Part shown: in pieces, positions 63,618 through 64,000 of the stretch
Layout of the letters: each line of letters starts with the position of its first letter
Position numbering within the stretch: position 1 is the stretch's first letter
Source: Mobula hypostoma
Taxonomy: Eukaryota
NCBI RefSeq assembly: GCF_963921235.1
Contig: NC_086097.1
Coordinates: 95,234,001-95,298,000 of the forward strand
DNA: 64,000 nucleotides
Reading direction: 5' to 3'
Made by a program: the position numbers and the translations under genes
Notes under the pieces: model-generated
What the model saw: the letters and a program-made list of their open reading frames with translations, nothing else
What the model was told of the DNA's origin: nothing
Database searches by the model: none

Positions 63618-64000
63618 ACTTTATTCAACTGACCCAGGAACTGTCAGATTTTCCTCACCCGTTGTTGTGGATTCTTCCGTTCCAGGAAACATTTGCTAAC
63701 AACTGCATCAATTCCTTTAATTACTTTAAACAGTGCTCTGAAATCAACCCTTTAATCTTGCCATCAGCACAGCACCATCATAAAACTCCAAACTGCACAA
63801 CTTGCCTTGAGGTTACAAAAGTACCACTAAGGTGGATTTGATAACGTAACTGTGATAAACAAGAATCTGTAATGAGAAACAGCCCACTGGATTCCTTGCA
63901 GCCTTAAGTGTGAATCCAGATTTAGATAGTGCAGATGATAACAACACTGCCCAACAGACAGGGAATGATTCAGTGTGCTAAATTCCAGATTATTGTTTTG

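Overview
Eukaryotic, repeat-dominated non-coding DNA. The repeat families (HE1/V-type SINEs, a DeuSINE, CR1, Rex1/Babar and RTE LINEs, Penelope elements) point to a cartilaginous fish, probably a ray; this is inference. I recognise no host protein-coding gene, rRNA, genuine tRNA or CRISPR array, and nearly all listed ORFs are transposon fragments or noise. The largest elements are a decayed Gmr1-type Gypsy provirus (10813-17792, integrase upstream of RT) nested in a Rex1/Babar LINE, a near full-length RTE LINE (26156-29360), a 5'-truncated CR1 (20457-22622) and several Penelope-like elements (PLEs). The most interesting signal is a recurring PLE insertion architecture: two PLE 3' ends facing outward, one carrying an extra 30-40 nt tail, bounded by 9-15 bp target-site duplications (TSDs) and carrying minimal hammerhead ribozyme motifs. 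It ranges from a tail-only 40-nt insert, through a 190-bp hairpin and a 1.8-kb fold-back, to a composite enclosing an inverted ~930-bp copy of neighbouring genomic DNA. Family names come from recognising motifs, not from a database search, and boundaries of old repeats are approximate.
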